Positions 37,809 through 47,669 of a stretch of DNA of 64,000 nt are shown one piece after another. Location: assembly GCA_949285135.1 (NCBI GenBank), contig CASDXO010000001.1, positions 70,698 to 134,697 on the forward strand, in the 5' to 3' direction. The notes beneath the pieces are model-generated. The model did no database searches. It was not told the DNA's origin and worked only from the letters and a program-made list of their open reading frames with translations. The first letter of the stretch is position 1, and the number at the start of each line of letters is the position of its first letter. Origin of the DNA: an uncultured Phascolarctobacterium sp. GTDB taxonomy: Bacteria; Bacillota; Negativicutes; Acidaminococcales; Acidaminococcaceae. The translations under genes and the position numbers were made by a program.

Positions 37809-38690
37809 ATGAATTTTCAAACGATTATTTTGAAACTGCAGAAATTCTGGGCTGAGCAGAATTGCATCATGGCGCAGCCCTACGACATTGAAAAAGGCGC
37901 GGGCACGATGAACCCGTCCACTTTCCTGCGTGTACTGGGTCCTGAACCCTGGCGTGTAGCGTATGTGGAACCGTCCCGCCGTCCTGCTGACGGACGTTAC
38001 GGCGACAACCCCAACCGTCTGTTCCAGCATCATCAGTTCCAGGTCATTGTAAAGCCCTCTCCGGAAAATATACAGGAGCTTTACCTGCAGAGTCTGGCAG
38101 AGCTGGGTATCCGCCAGGAAGAACACGATATCCGCTTTGTTGAAGATAACTGGGAATCTCCGACTCTGGGTGCCTGGGGTCTTGGCTGGGAAGTATGGCT
38201 GGACGGCATGGAAATTACCCAGTTCACCTACTTCCAGCAGGTGGGCAGCCTTGACGTCAAACCGGTAACTGTAGAAATTACCTATGGCCTGGAGCGTCTG
38301 GCCATGTATATCCAGGGCGTAGAAAACGTATTCGATATTGAATGGGTAGACGGCGTTACCTACGGCGACGTTTTCCACAGCAACGAAGTAGAACAGTCCT
38401 ACTATAACTTCCAGGTTGCTGATACCGATCTGTTATTCGATTTGTTCGATAAATATGAAGCAGAAGCCAAACGCGTTATTGAGCTGGGTTATATCCGTCC
38501 CGCTTATGACTACGTGCTGAAATGCTCTCATACCTTCAACCTGCTGGATTCCCGCGGCGCAATCAGCGTAAGCGAACGTACCGCCTACATCGGCCGTGTG
38601 CGTGCCATGGCGCGTCTGTGCGCAGCAGCTTATGTGGAACAGCGTGAAAAATTGGGCTTCCCGCTCTTGAAAAAGGGGGAAAATAAATAA
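37809..38690 (+). CDS. glyQ: glycine--tRNA ligase alpha subunit
   Basis: 293 aa. [19 protein letters not shown]...[23 protein letters not shown] upstream. The track start 37716 runs through the T-box terminator. Confidence 0.97.
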   Translation: MNFQTIILKLQKFWAEQNCIMAQPYDIEKGAGTMNPSTFLRVLGPEPWRVAYVEPSRRPADGRYGDNPNRLFQHHQFQVIVKPSPENIQELYLQSLAELGIRQEEHDIRFVEDNWESPTLGAWGLGWEVWLDGMEITQFTYFQQVGSLDVKPVTVEITYGLERLAMYIQGVENVFDIEWVDGVTYGDVFHSNEVEQSYYNFQVADTDLLFDLFDKYEAEAKRVIELGYIRPAYDYVLKCSHTFNLLDSRGAISVSERTAYIGRVRAMARLCAAAYVEQREKLGFPLLKKGENK

Positions 38691-40837
38691 TGGAAAAATT
38701 ATTATTTGAAATAGGTACCGAAGAAATACCGGCGAAATTTATGCCCGGCATCCTTGACCAGCTGAAGGAGCTGGCTGAGAAGAAAATGAACGAACTGCGC
38801 ATCCCCTTTGCGTCTGTCAAAGTATACGGCACTCCCCGCCGCATGACCTTTATTGCTGACGGTGTGGAAGAAGCGCAGGCTGACAGCGTAGTAGAAGCAA
38901 AAGGTCCTTCTGTGAAAATTGCTTTCGTAAACAACGAGCCTACAAAAGCAGCCATGGGCTTTGCCCGCGGTCAGGGTGTGGACGTAAGTGCTCTCGAAGT
39001 ACGCGGTGAATATGTTTATGCTGTCAAACATCTGGCAGGTAAACCGGTTATGGAGCTTTTGCCCGGACTCTTAATGGATATTCTTACTTCTCTTAACTTC
39101 CCGAAAAACATGCGCTGGGCTGACCATGATTTCAGATTTGTCCGTCCTATCCGCTGGCTGGTTGCCCTGTTTGGTGAAAAAATCATTCCTGTGGAGATTA
39201 CCGGCGTAAAATCCGGCAGATATTCCCGCGGTCATCGTTTCCTGACTCCGTCCATTACCGATGCTAAAGACGCGCAGGGTTTCTTTGAAAAAGTTGCCAG
39301 CAAGGTTACCAATACTGTAGCTTCTGCTGTTATCGGTACTCAGGGTGCTGTAGAAGTCGCTAATGCCGATGTGTATGAGCAGGTATTGTACGATCATTTC
39401 GTTATGGTTGATCAGGATGCACGCCGCGAACTGATTCGTCAGCAGGTTGCTGATCTGGCTGTGGCTGAAGGCGGCAAGGCTGAAATAGATGCAGATTTGC
39501 TGGAAGAAGTAAATTATCTGGTGGAATGGCCGACTGCTCTGTGTGGCAAGTTTGAAGAAAAATTCCTCAGCCTACCGAAAGAATGCATCATTACTCCGAT
39601 GCGCGAACATCAGCGTTATTTCCCCGTACTGAACGATGACGGCAGCCTGATGAACAAATTCATCACTGTACGCAACGGCGGCAAAAAATATCTGGACGTG
39701 GTTGCTCACGGTAATGAACGCGTACTGCGTGCTCGTCTCAGCGACGCTGAATTCTTCTTTAACGAAGACCGCAAACAGAAACTGGAAGACCGTCTGGAAA
39801 AACTCAAAACTGTTTCCTTCCAGGAAGGTCTGGGTAATATGTACGATAAGAGCAACCGTCTGGTTAAGGCTGCCGATATGATTGCTTTCGGTATGAATAT
39901 CAAAATTGATAAGGATAAACTGGACCGCACCGCCCTGTTGTGCAAGACAGACCTTGTTACCGGTATGGTAATCGAATTTACCGAGCTGCAGGGAGTTATG
40001 GGCCGCGAATATGCAAAACTGGACGGCGAAGCTCCGGCTGTAGCTCAGGGTATTTACGAACATTATCTGCCGCGTTTTGCCGGTGACGAACTGCCTGCAA
40101 GTGATATCGGCCGCATCGTAGGTATTGCTGACAAGCTGGATAATATCGTTGCTACCTTCTCCCGCGGACTGGCTCCTACCGGTTCTCAGGACCCCTATGC
40201 ACTGCGCCGTCAGGCTCTTGGTGTTATCAACATCATTATCGACGGCAATTATCATCTGTCCATGCTCAAGCTGCTGGCAGGCATGCTGTATCTGCTGAAT
40301 ATTCCTTCTGAGCAGGCAGGTGCGCTGGTACCGCAGATTATGGAATTTATCAGACAGCGTCTGAAAAATATGATGATTGAACAGGGCATCCGTTACGACG
40401 TTGTGGACGCTGTACTGGCAGAAAAACGCAACGACGATATTGCTGATTTGTATATGCGCGCCCGCGCTCTGAATGCCTTTGTAATCGAGCCGCAGGCTGA
40501 AGCACTGATTCAGGCTGCCACCCGTGTGGCTAATCTGTGCAAGAAGATTGAAGAAGAAACTGCCATCAATACCGGCCTGTTCCAGCATGAAGCTGAAAAA
40601 GCACTGCATGATGCGGTTGTTGCTCTCAACAGCGAAATGCTGACTGCCACCGTAAAATTTGACTATGCAGCAGTACTGAAACTGTCCTGCAATCTGATTG
40701 ACCCTGTCAACAAATTCTTTGAAGACGTTATGGTTATGGATAACGACGAGAAAATTAAAAACAACCGTCTGGCTCTCCTTGCTGCAGTTAAGGATATTAC
40801 CCATGCTGTTGGCGATTTGAGCTACATTGTACAATAA
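38690..40837 (+). CDS. glyS: glycine--tRNA ligase beta subunit
   Basis: 715 aa. LLFEIGTEEIPAKF, YGTPRR, HQRYFPV, GSQDPYALRR. The start overlaps the glyQ stop (TAATG). Confidence 0.97.
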   Translation: MEKLLFEIGTEEIPAKFMPGILDQLKELAEKKMNELRIPFASVKVYGTPRRMTFIADGVEEAQADSVVEAKGPSVKIAFVNNEPTKAAMGFARGQGVDVSALEVRGEYVYAVKHLAGKPVMELLPGLLMDILTSLNFPKNMRWADHDFRFVRPIRWLVALFGEKIIPVEITGVKSGRYSRGHRFLTPSITDAKDAQGFFEKVASKVTNTVASAVIGTQGAVEVANADVYEQVLYDHFVMVDQDARRELIRQQVADLAVAEGGKAEIDADLLEEVNYLVEWPTALCGKFEEKFLSLPKECIITPMREHQRYFPVLNDDGSLMNKFITVRNGGKKYLDVVAHGNERVLRARLSDAEFFFNEDRKQKLEDRLEKLKTVSFQEGLGNMYDKSNRLVKAADMIAFGMNIKIDKDKLDRTALLCKTDLVTGMVIEFTELQGVMGREYAKLDGEAPAVAQGIYEHYLPRFAGDELPASDIGRIVGIADKLDNIVATFSRGLAPTGSQDPYALRRQALGVINIIIDGNYHLSMLKLLAGMLYLLNIPSEQAGALVPQIMEFIRQRLKNMMIEQGIRYDVVDAVLAEKRNDDIADLYMRARALNAFVIEPQAEALIQAATRVANLCKKIEEETAINTGLFQHEAEKALHDAVVALNSEMLTATVKFDYAAVLKLSCNLIDPVNKFFEDVMVMDNDEKIKNNRLALLAAVKDITHAVGDLSYIVQ

Positions 40838-40849
40838 GCAAACCATACA

Positions 40850-40880
40850 AAAAGCGCTGCCGTAAGGCGGCGCTTTTTTC
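40850..40880 (+). terminator. intrinsic terminator after glyS
   Basis: GCGCTGCC-GTAA-GGCGGCGC followed by TTTTTT. Confidence 0.85.
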
Positions 40881-40949
40881 TGTTGCCGGCTGCAAATAAG
40901 CGGTGTATTTATGGTACAATAAAACAAAGTGTTTTTAACGGAGGTAAAA

Positions 40950-43937
40950 ATGGCCGTATTATACTGTGTGCCGCTGGGCTGTACGGCCCGCAGGCTTTTT
41001 TATGAACAGATGGCGCAGCTGCCTTATGAAGACAGCATCCTGGTGCTGCCTAACAGACAGCTGCGGCTGCTGGCGCAAAAGGAAGCTGCCGTTAACTGCG
41101 GCGGTATCGATGAGCTGGCATCAGCAGTTTTAAACAGCAACGGCTTCGTCTATCTGGACGAAATCAACAGGCGCAGTCAGGAGCTTGTGACCCGTGATTT
41201 GCTGGAGTATCTTGGTGATAAATCGCAGCTGGAATATTTCCGGCGGCTGACGGGCAAAAAGGGTTTTGTCAGGGCAGCAGCTTCGGTGCTGGGACAGTTA
41301 TCGCGCAGCGGTGCTACGGAGCAGCAGATTCATGCTGCCCTGACAGAACGCGGCAGCGAAAAGGATAAAGAGCTGGCTGAGCTGTATGTGTTGTACCGTC
41401 AGTATCTGAAAAATAATAAATGGTTTGATCTGGAAGGCAAATATCGTCTGGCAGTCAGTGTTCTTGCTGCCGAACAGGTGAAGATACCCTGGAAGCATAT
41501 TTATATCAGTGATTTTTACAGTTTTGACGTGCTGCAGCTGGAATTTCTGCGGGCGCTGAGCAGGCATTGTAAGCTGACTGTGGGGCTGATGTACGAAGCA
41601 GGGCGTGAGAGTGTTTTTCAGGCAGCAGAAAATACTTATACGGCGCTGGCAGCTTTCTGCCGGGTGGAAAGATACCAGGCGCAAATTAAGCAGGCAGAAA
41701 CGCTGCAGCATTTGCGTGAGAACATTTTCAGGGCGGCCAATAAAGTGCCGCTGGAGAATATCAGCCTGCATCGCTTTAAAAGCAGAGAAGACGAAATACG
41801 CTGGAACCTGACGGAGATTAAAAATCTGCTGCGGCAGGAAACAGCACCGGAGCATATTTTGCTTACTGTGCGCAGTCTGCGCGATTACAGTGGTATCAGA
41901 CAGATTGCCGATGAGTACGGCATACCGGTTTCACTGGCGCATACGGTGCGGTTGGCAGTGCAGCCGTTGACAGAATTTATTTCCTTAACTTTGGCTGCGG
42001 CAGACGGCGGACGCAGCGGTGCGGAGGCATATGCGTCACTGCTATGCTCAGAGCTGGGTAAGGTACTTTTTACCAGTGATACGGAGCAGGTGCAGAAGCT
42101 GTTGCTGCAAAAATATTATCTGTCGCGCAGCACGCTGCAGGAAGATTACCATGCGCTTTGTGAGGAGCAGGAGGATGCGGCTCTGACAAATACGGAGGAG
42201 CTGTTGCAGAAGCTGCCGGCAAAAGCCTGCCTGACAGATTATCTGGAACTGCTGACAGCGTTTATTGCTGCCCAGCAGCTGCCGCAGCTGCTGGGAGATT
42301 GTTATAAGCAGGGCAGGCTGCCCCTTGACGGTATCAGGAGCTGCCTGGCAGCTCAGACAGCTTTGCTGCAATGCTTCTCGGATTTGGTAAAGGATTACAC
42401 AACCTGTGGTTTGGAGAAAAATGTGCTGACACTGGCACAGCTGCGGGAAATTCTTGCAGAAGCGACGCGGGAAATCGAGATAACACTGGCAGAGGGACGT
42501 GCTGACGGCGTACTGGTTTCCGAGGTAGTTAATGTGCAGGGGCGATTGTATGACCATGTATTTATCATGGGCGTGCGTGAAGGCGAGTTTCCGGCAGGCA
42601 GCAATGAGAACTGGCTGTATGACGATCAGGAGCGCGCCGAACTGACTGCCATCGGCATAGATATGCCGACGACGGCGCAGGCTTATGCCGAGGACGATTA
42701 TTTCTTTGCCGTAGCGACAGCCCAGTGTGCAGCGCATCTGTCCGTAACCTGGCATGAAGATGATGCGGCAGGAGCCTCTGCCTATGTGGACGAGCTGAGC
42801 AGGCTGTACAGCGATACTGTCATTACGGAACCCGTAAAAGAGCCTGCTTCGCTGCCGGAACTTTTGGTGCAGGCTGACCGCTGGAAAACAGCCTGGCTGC
42901 GTCAGACGCTTGGTGATGCTGTCGTGGAAGCTGCCGCTGCAGATGAGCTGCGTGCAACGAACGCAATATATAACGGCAGACTGCTGAATGCAGAGCTGCA
43001 GCAGCAGGTAAAACGCAAGGCAGGAAGCACGTTCAGTGCATCCAGACTGGAAGTTTACGCTGGCTGTCCCTTTAGCTTTCTGGGTCAGTATATCTGGGGT
43101 GAAAGCGGCAGCAGCGAAAAAAGCGAAAATATTGAACCGGCCGACGAAGGCTCCCTGCTGCATGAAGTCCTGGCAAAATTTATTGGCAGACATCTGCATG
43201 AAAAGCTGTGCCGTTATGAACAGAGCTTGTTGGAGCAGGAACTGCTGGCAGATTTTGATGCCGTATTTATTGCCTGTGCCGAACAAAAAGGGATGGCGAG
43301 CAATGTTTTCTGGCAGTCCGAGGTGCAGCGCATGAAAAATCTCCTGCTGCAGTGGCTGCAGTATGAATATAACGAGCAGCGTCAGTGGGAAGAATTTGTA
43401 CCCTGTGCTGTGGAGCTGAGCTTTAAGCGAACGGAAGGTACAGCCTTGCCTCTTGAGCTTAATGACGGCAGCAGCGTGCTGATAGAGGGACGCATTGACC
43501 GCATCGACAGCGATGGCAGCAGGCTTTTTATTACCGACTACAAGCGTTCAGCTGCTCCTGCGGGCAGCGATTTGCCGGCAGGGCTTGATTTGCAGCTGCC
43601 TGTCTACCTTTTGGCAGCTGACAGGATGCAGCCGCAGAAACGTGTGGCAGGCGGCGGTTACATGGTGCTGAAACAGGCTAAAAGACAGAGCAGTATTGCC
43701 TTTGAAAAACTGGGCTCTGCTTCTTTTAAAGTTAATAATAAACTGTTTGCGGATACGGAAAATCCTTGGGAAAGCTTTGCTGCGTTCAGTAAGAACCTGC
43801 TGGCAGGGTATGTGAACGATATTTATCACGGTGATTTTTCCGTGCGGCCGCAGAAAAAATGCAGCGAATTCTGTCCGCTGAAAAATATCTGCCGTATAGG
43901 TATTCTTAAAGGAGAAGGAGGTGAAGATGATGGCTGA
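40950..43937 (+). CDS. addB: helicase-exonuclease AddAB subunit AddB (PD-(D/E)XK nuclease with Fe-S cysteines)
   Basis: 995 aa. C-terminal nuclease IDRIDS...FITDYKRS. Four cysteines (GCPFSF plus CSEFCPLKNIC) typical of the AddB Fe-S staple. It lies directly upstream of and overlapping addA. ATG 40950 lies 5 nt after GGAGG. Confidence 0.85.
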   Translation: MAVLYCVPLGCTARRLFYEQMAQLPYEDSILVLPNRQLRLLAQKEAAVNCGGIDELASAVLNSNGFVYLDEINRRSQELVTRDLLEYLGDKSQLEYFRRLTGKKGFVRAAASVLGQLSRSGATEQQIHAALTERGSEKDKELAELYVLYRQYLKNNKWFDLEGKYRLAVSVLAAEQVKIPWKHIYISDFYSFDVLQLEFLRALSRHCKLTVGLMYEAGRESVFQAAENTYTALAAFCRVERYQAQIKQAETLQHLRENIFRAANKVPLENISLHRFKSREDEIRWNLTEIKNLLRQETAPEHILLTVRSLRDYSGIRQIADEYGIPVSLAHTVRLAVQPLTEFISLTLAAADGGRSGAEAYASLLCSELGKVLFTSDTEQVQKLLLQKYYLSRSTLQEDYHALCEEQEDAALTNTEELLQKLPAKACLTDYLELLTAFIAAQQLPQLLGDCYKQGRLPLDGIRSCLAAQTALLQCFSDLVKDYTTCGLEKNVLTLAQLREILAEATREIEITLAEGRADGVLVSEVVNVQGRLYDHVFIMGVREGEFPAGSNENWLYDDQERAELTAIGIDMPTTAQAYAEDDYFFAVATAQCAAHLSVTWHEDDAAGASAYVDELSRLYSDTVITEPVKEPASLPELLVQADRWKTAWLRQTLGDAVVEAAAADELRATNAIYNGRLLNAELQQQVKRKAGSTFSASRLEVYAGCPFSFLGQYIWGESGSSEKSENIEPADEGSLLHEVLAKFIGRHLHEKLCRYEQSLLEQELLADFDAVFIACAEQKGMASNVFWQSEVQRMKNLLLQWLQYEYNEQRQWEEFVPCAVELSFKRTEGTALPLELNDGSSVLIEGRIDRIDSDGSRLFITDYKRSAAPAGSDLPAGLDLQLPVYLLAADRMQPQKRVAGGGYMVLKQAKRQSSIAFEKLGSASFKVNNKLFADTENPWESFAAFSKNLLAGYVNDIYHGDFSVRPQKKCSEFCPLKNICRIGILKGEGGEDDG

Positions 43938-46900
43938 TTTTACACCGCAGCAGCGGCAGGCCATAACTGCCATTGACACTAATGTGGCTGTTTCCGCCGG
44001 TGCTGGCAGCGGCAAAACCCGCGTGCTGGTAGAACGCTTTCTGCATATTCTGCAGCGGGGACTGCAGCAAGGCGAGCATATCTCTGCCGGTGAGATACTG
44101 GCCATCACCTTTACCCGCAAGGCAGCCGCAGAAATGAAGGAAAGAGTGCGCCGCAGCATGGACGCTTTGGCGCATACGGATGCAGCCAACAGGGCGTTTT
44201 GGCAGCAGCAGCTGAAAGAGCTGGAAAGGGCGCAGATAACTACCATTCACAGCCTGTGTAACCGCCTGCTGAAAGAAAATCCGGTAGAAGCGGAGCTTGA
44301 CCCTTCCTTTCAGGTGGCTGATGAGTTTGAAGGCAACAAGTTTGTCAGTGACTGTCTGAAAAAATATTTTCTGACGGCTTTACGCACTAATGATGCTGAT
44401 GTACAAAGGCTTACGGCGGCTTACGGTGCCTTTGGCGTGCTGCGTCAGCTGCAGAGCCTGCTGCCGCAGCTGGATGAAATAGCTGCCTGCGAAGATATCG
44501 GCGCATTTTACCGCCGCAGCATCGAGCAGGAAGAAGCTGTGAAAGATGCGCTGTGCCAGCTGCTGCAGGAACTGACTGCGCGGCGCGGCGAAGTGAAGAC
44601 CGGCATCCAGAGCACTCAGCTGCAACGACTGGCAGAAAATCTTACGCAGGTACTGGACGGCATCCGCCAGGAAACTGCGGATATGGTACCCTACGACACT
44701 TATGCAGGAGTGCTGGCTGCCAATACAAGACTGAAAGAATTGGTTAAGGAAATGCGGCAGCTGCGGGAACAGCTGGAACTGATATGTGCAGATAAAGCGG
44801 CGTTGCCGCTGGCTGAATGCTGGCAGCGTGTGGCTGCTGCTTTTGCGGACTTTCTGCAGCAGCAGCGGCAGGAAGCTGATTTTCTGAGCTTTGACGATCT
44901 GGAAAATTATGCCTTGAACTTATTGCAGCAGCATCCGCGCCTCTGCAGCAGCTACCAGCAGAAGTACCGTTATATCATGGTAGATGAATTTCAGGACACC
45001 AACGAGAAGCAAAAGCGCCTGATTTATCTGCTGTGCGGCGGAGATTGTGAAGAGCTGCTGGGCAGCAGGCTTTTTGTAGTTGGCGATCCCAAGCAGTCTA
45101 TTTATCGTTTCCGCGGAGCGGATGTAAGCGTTTTTGCCAAGGTACGGCGTGACATTGAGGCGAGCGGCGGCAGCATTATAACACTGAATGATAATTTCCG
45201 TACTGCCGATACAATTCTGGCTGCCTGCAATGAAGTGTTTACTGAACTTTTGGGTATAGATGTTAATGATGATATCTTTTTTGAAGCGTTGAATCCCCAT
45301 ATCTTCAGTCAGAAGAAACCGGAGCTTGTACAGCTTGTTTACAGCAAGGAACAGGAGGGAGAACGCAGACAGCTGGAGGCTGCAGCTGTTGCGGAGCGCA
45401 TCGAAGCGCTGCATGGTGAAGGCAGTAACTACGGAAATATTGCTGTACTGCTGAGCGCCATGACCCGCTGTGAGGTGCTGACTGCAGCGCTGGAGGCGCG
45501 GCAGATACCTTATCAGGTTATCGACGGCAAGGGCTTTTATGAGCGTCAGGAAGTACTTGATCTGCTCAATCTGCTGCAGGCAGTGCATAACAAATATTGC
45601 AGTCTGGAGCTGGCAGGTGTGCTGCGTTCACCTTATTTTGGCCTTGATGACGAAACTATAACGCAGCTTTTTCTGCAGCAGGGCAATACCTGTCTGTGGG
45701 ACAGCCTGATGACGGCAGATATGGCTGCCGTAAAAGAAAGTCAGCAGCCTTTGCTGCTGCGGGCACAGAAGGTACTGACAATGCTGCGCCGTGACGCCGC
45801 TCTTGTGGATTTGCAGCAGCTGTGGCAGCGTGTATGGCAGCTGCTTGAACCAGATGCAGTTATGGCACTGCAGCAAAACGGCAGAGCCATGCTGGCCAAT
45901 GCGGTAAAGCTGCGCCGGCTGGCAGGGGAATACAGCAGCAGTAAACAGGGAACACTGGCATCCTGGCTGACATATGTCAGAGAGCTGATGGAAACGGGGG
46001 CCAGAGAGACAGCGGCCAATCTGGACGCAGATGATGCCGTAACGATTATGACCATCCATAAATCCAAGGGGCTGGAATTTGATACTGTTATCCTGCCCAT
46101 GCTGGATGCGCGAACCCAGAGCGACACTACTGAAATAAAATTCCATGCACGACTGGGGCTGGGCGTCAAGGCGGTGCTGGCGGACGGCAGCATGGCAGAA
46201 AGCAGCGTACTGAACGAGATCAAAGAAACAGATAAGCAGCTGCAGAAGGAAGAACGTAAGCGTCAGCTTTATGTAGCCATGACCAGGGCTAAAAACAGAC
46301 TGATTATGTCGGGAACCTTTTGTGCTGACAGAGAAAGCAAAGCGGAAAACTGGTTCAGCAGCTTAAAAAGCGTGCTGGCAGACAGCAGCCTGGTAGAGTT
46401 TAAAACGATAGAAGCTGATGCTCTGCCGGAAATAACAGCTGCATCAGAACAAAGCGAGTTAAAATGTATACCGGATGAAGCAATGCTCAAGGCAGCGGCA
46501 CCGCTGGCAATGTATGCGGCATCCGGACGCAGGATGTTTTCGGCAACGGCACTGCAAACATATCTTTACTGCCAGCGCCGGTATTTTTATCAGCAGCTGG
46601 GTCTGCCGGCCTGCGATGAAGCAGGCGGTCAGGGCGGCAAACTGCCTGCCTATATTACTGGTCTTATTGTACATATGGCACTGGAAAGATATAGGGGAGA
46701 TGAAAACAGGGCCTTTCAGACTGCGGCAGACAGATATGCTGCCGGCAGTGCAGAACTTGCGGAACAGGCAAAACAGTTACTGCATGATTATCTGGCAAGC
46801 AGCCTGTATCAGGCAATACCGCATGACCATCAGCGCGAGGTAAAGTTTACCTTCGCCCAGCAGGAATTGCTGCTTACAGGAGTTATCGACTGTCTGGCAG

Positions 46901-47223
46901 GCAATGAGGATGGTTCACTTACCATTATTGATTATAAAACTGGTAAGCCGCCGGAGAATGGCAGTGTGCCTCGGGGTTACGTCTATCAGCTGGCGCTGTA
47001 TAAAGCGGCGGCTGAGCACCTTTACGGCAGGCCGGTGCGGTCTGCGCAGCTGCATTTTCTGCAAAATCTCAGCGTTTGTGAGCCGGCAACTGATGCTGCA
47101 ACTTTGCGCGAAGCGCTGGAGCTGTGCAGGCAGATAAGCACCAAGGCAGACGAAGCTGATTTTATCTGCAGCACGGATAAATGCAGCAGCTGTCCCTATG
47201 GATATCTGTGTCCGCGACAATAG
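43927..47223 (+). CDS. addA: helicase-exonuclease AddAB subunit AddA (UvrD-type helicase plus RecB-type nuclease)
   Basis: 1098 aa. FTPQQRQAI, GAGSGKT, DEFQDTN, VGDPKQSIYRFRGA, TIHKSKGLEF, VAMTRAK. C-terminal nuclease IIDYKTGK. Confidence 0.92.
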   Translation: MMADFTPQQRQAITAIDTNVAVSAGAGSGKTRVLVERFLHILQRGLQQGEHISAGEILAITFTRKAAAEMKERVRRSMDALAHTDAANRAFWQQQLKELERAQITTIHSLCNRLLKENPVEAELDPSFQVADEFEGNKFVSDCLKKYFLTALRTNDADVQRLTAAYGAFGVLRQLQSLLPQLDEIAACEDIGAFYRRSIEQEEAVKDALCQLLQELTARRGEVKTGIQSTQLQRLAENLTQVLDGIRQETADMVPYDTYAGVLAANTRLKELVKEMRQLREQLELICADKAALPLAECWQRVAAAFADFLQQQRQEADFLSFDDLENYALNLLQQHPRLCSSYQQKYRYIMVDEFQDTNEKQKRLIYLLCGGDCEELLGSRLFVVGDPKQSIYRFRGADVSVFAKVRRDIEASGGSIITLNDNFRTADTILAACNEVFTELLGIDVNDDIFFEALNPHIFSQKKPELVQLVYSKEQEGERRQLEAAAVAERIEALHGEGSNYGNIAVLLSAMTRCEVLTAALEARQIPYQVIDGKGFYERQEVLDLLNLLQAVHNKYCSLELAGVLRSPYFGLDDETITQLFLQQGNTCLWDSLMTADMAAVKESQQPLLLRAQKVLTMLRRDAALVDLQQLWQRVWQLLEPDAVMALQQNGRAMLANAVKLRRLAGEYSSSKQGTLASWLTYVRELMETGARETAANLDADDAVTIMTIHKSKGLEFDTVILPMLDARTQSDTTEIKFHARLGLGVKAVLADGSMAESSVLNEIKETDKQLQKEERKRQLYVAMTRAKNRLIMSGTFCADRESKAENWFSSLKSVLADSSLVEFKTIEADALPEITAASEQSELKCIPDEAMLKAAAPLAMYAASGRRMFSATALQTYLYCQRRYFYQQLGLPACDEAGGQGGKLPAYITGLIVHMALERYRGDENRAFQTAADRYAAGSAELAEQAKQLLHDYLASSLYQAIPHDHQREVKFTFAQQELLLTGVIDCLAGNEDGSLTIIDYKTGKPPENGSVPRGYVYQLALYKAAAEHLYGRPVRSAQLHFLQNLSVCEPATDAATLREALELCRQISTKADEADFICSTDKCSSCPYGYLCPRQ

Positions 47224-47243
47224 AAATGTAAGAGGAGCAAATA

Positions 47244-47438
47244 ATGGAAAATCTTGATGTTTGGGATTATATCGTGGCGTTTTTATTCTGCTTTTCATTG
47301 TGGATGAATTTTTACGGAATCAGGATGTGCCGCGAAGCCAATAAGGAAGGCTTTAACGAAAAAAAACTGCGTGGCAGAGTCTACGGTGCGCTGGCAGTTT
47401 CTGTGGTATATGCCCTTTGCCGCTTCAACGGTATGTGA
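47244..47438 (+). CDS. small membrane protein, unknown function
   Basis: 64 aa. AGAGGAG lies 7 nt upstream. Two hydrophobic segments (WDYIVAFLFCFSLWMNFYGI and VYGALAVSVVYALC). It starts 20 nt after the addA stop. Confidence 0.5.
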   Translation: MENLDVWDYIVAFLFCFSLWMNFYGIRMCREANKEGFNEKKLRGRVYGALAVSVVYALCRFNGM

Positions 47439-47470
47439 AAAGCTAAAAAAGTCTCGGTGAAATAATATAA

Positions 47471-47499
47471 TTGACAGGCCTAACCGGCTATTATACAAT
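47471..47499 (+). promoter_or_regulatory. candidate promoter of the ABC transporter operon
   Basis: TTGACA (47471-47476), a 17-nt spacer, then TACAAT (47494-47499). This leaves a ~165-nt untranslated leader. Confidence 0.55.
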
Positions 47500-47669
47500 T
47501 CAGTTAATAAATAATCGTGATTATATGAGGTTTTCAACAAGGTGTGCAGATGTACACAAATAAATGCAGTGTCATATTGTGGCCTTGAAGATTAAGAAGG
47601 CTTATTATTAGACGTGAAACATGGTGTTATCTGGTGTGATAAAAGTGAAATGAAACAGGGGGAACATCT

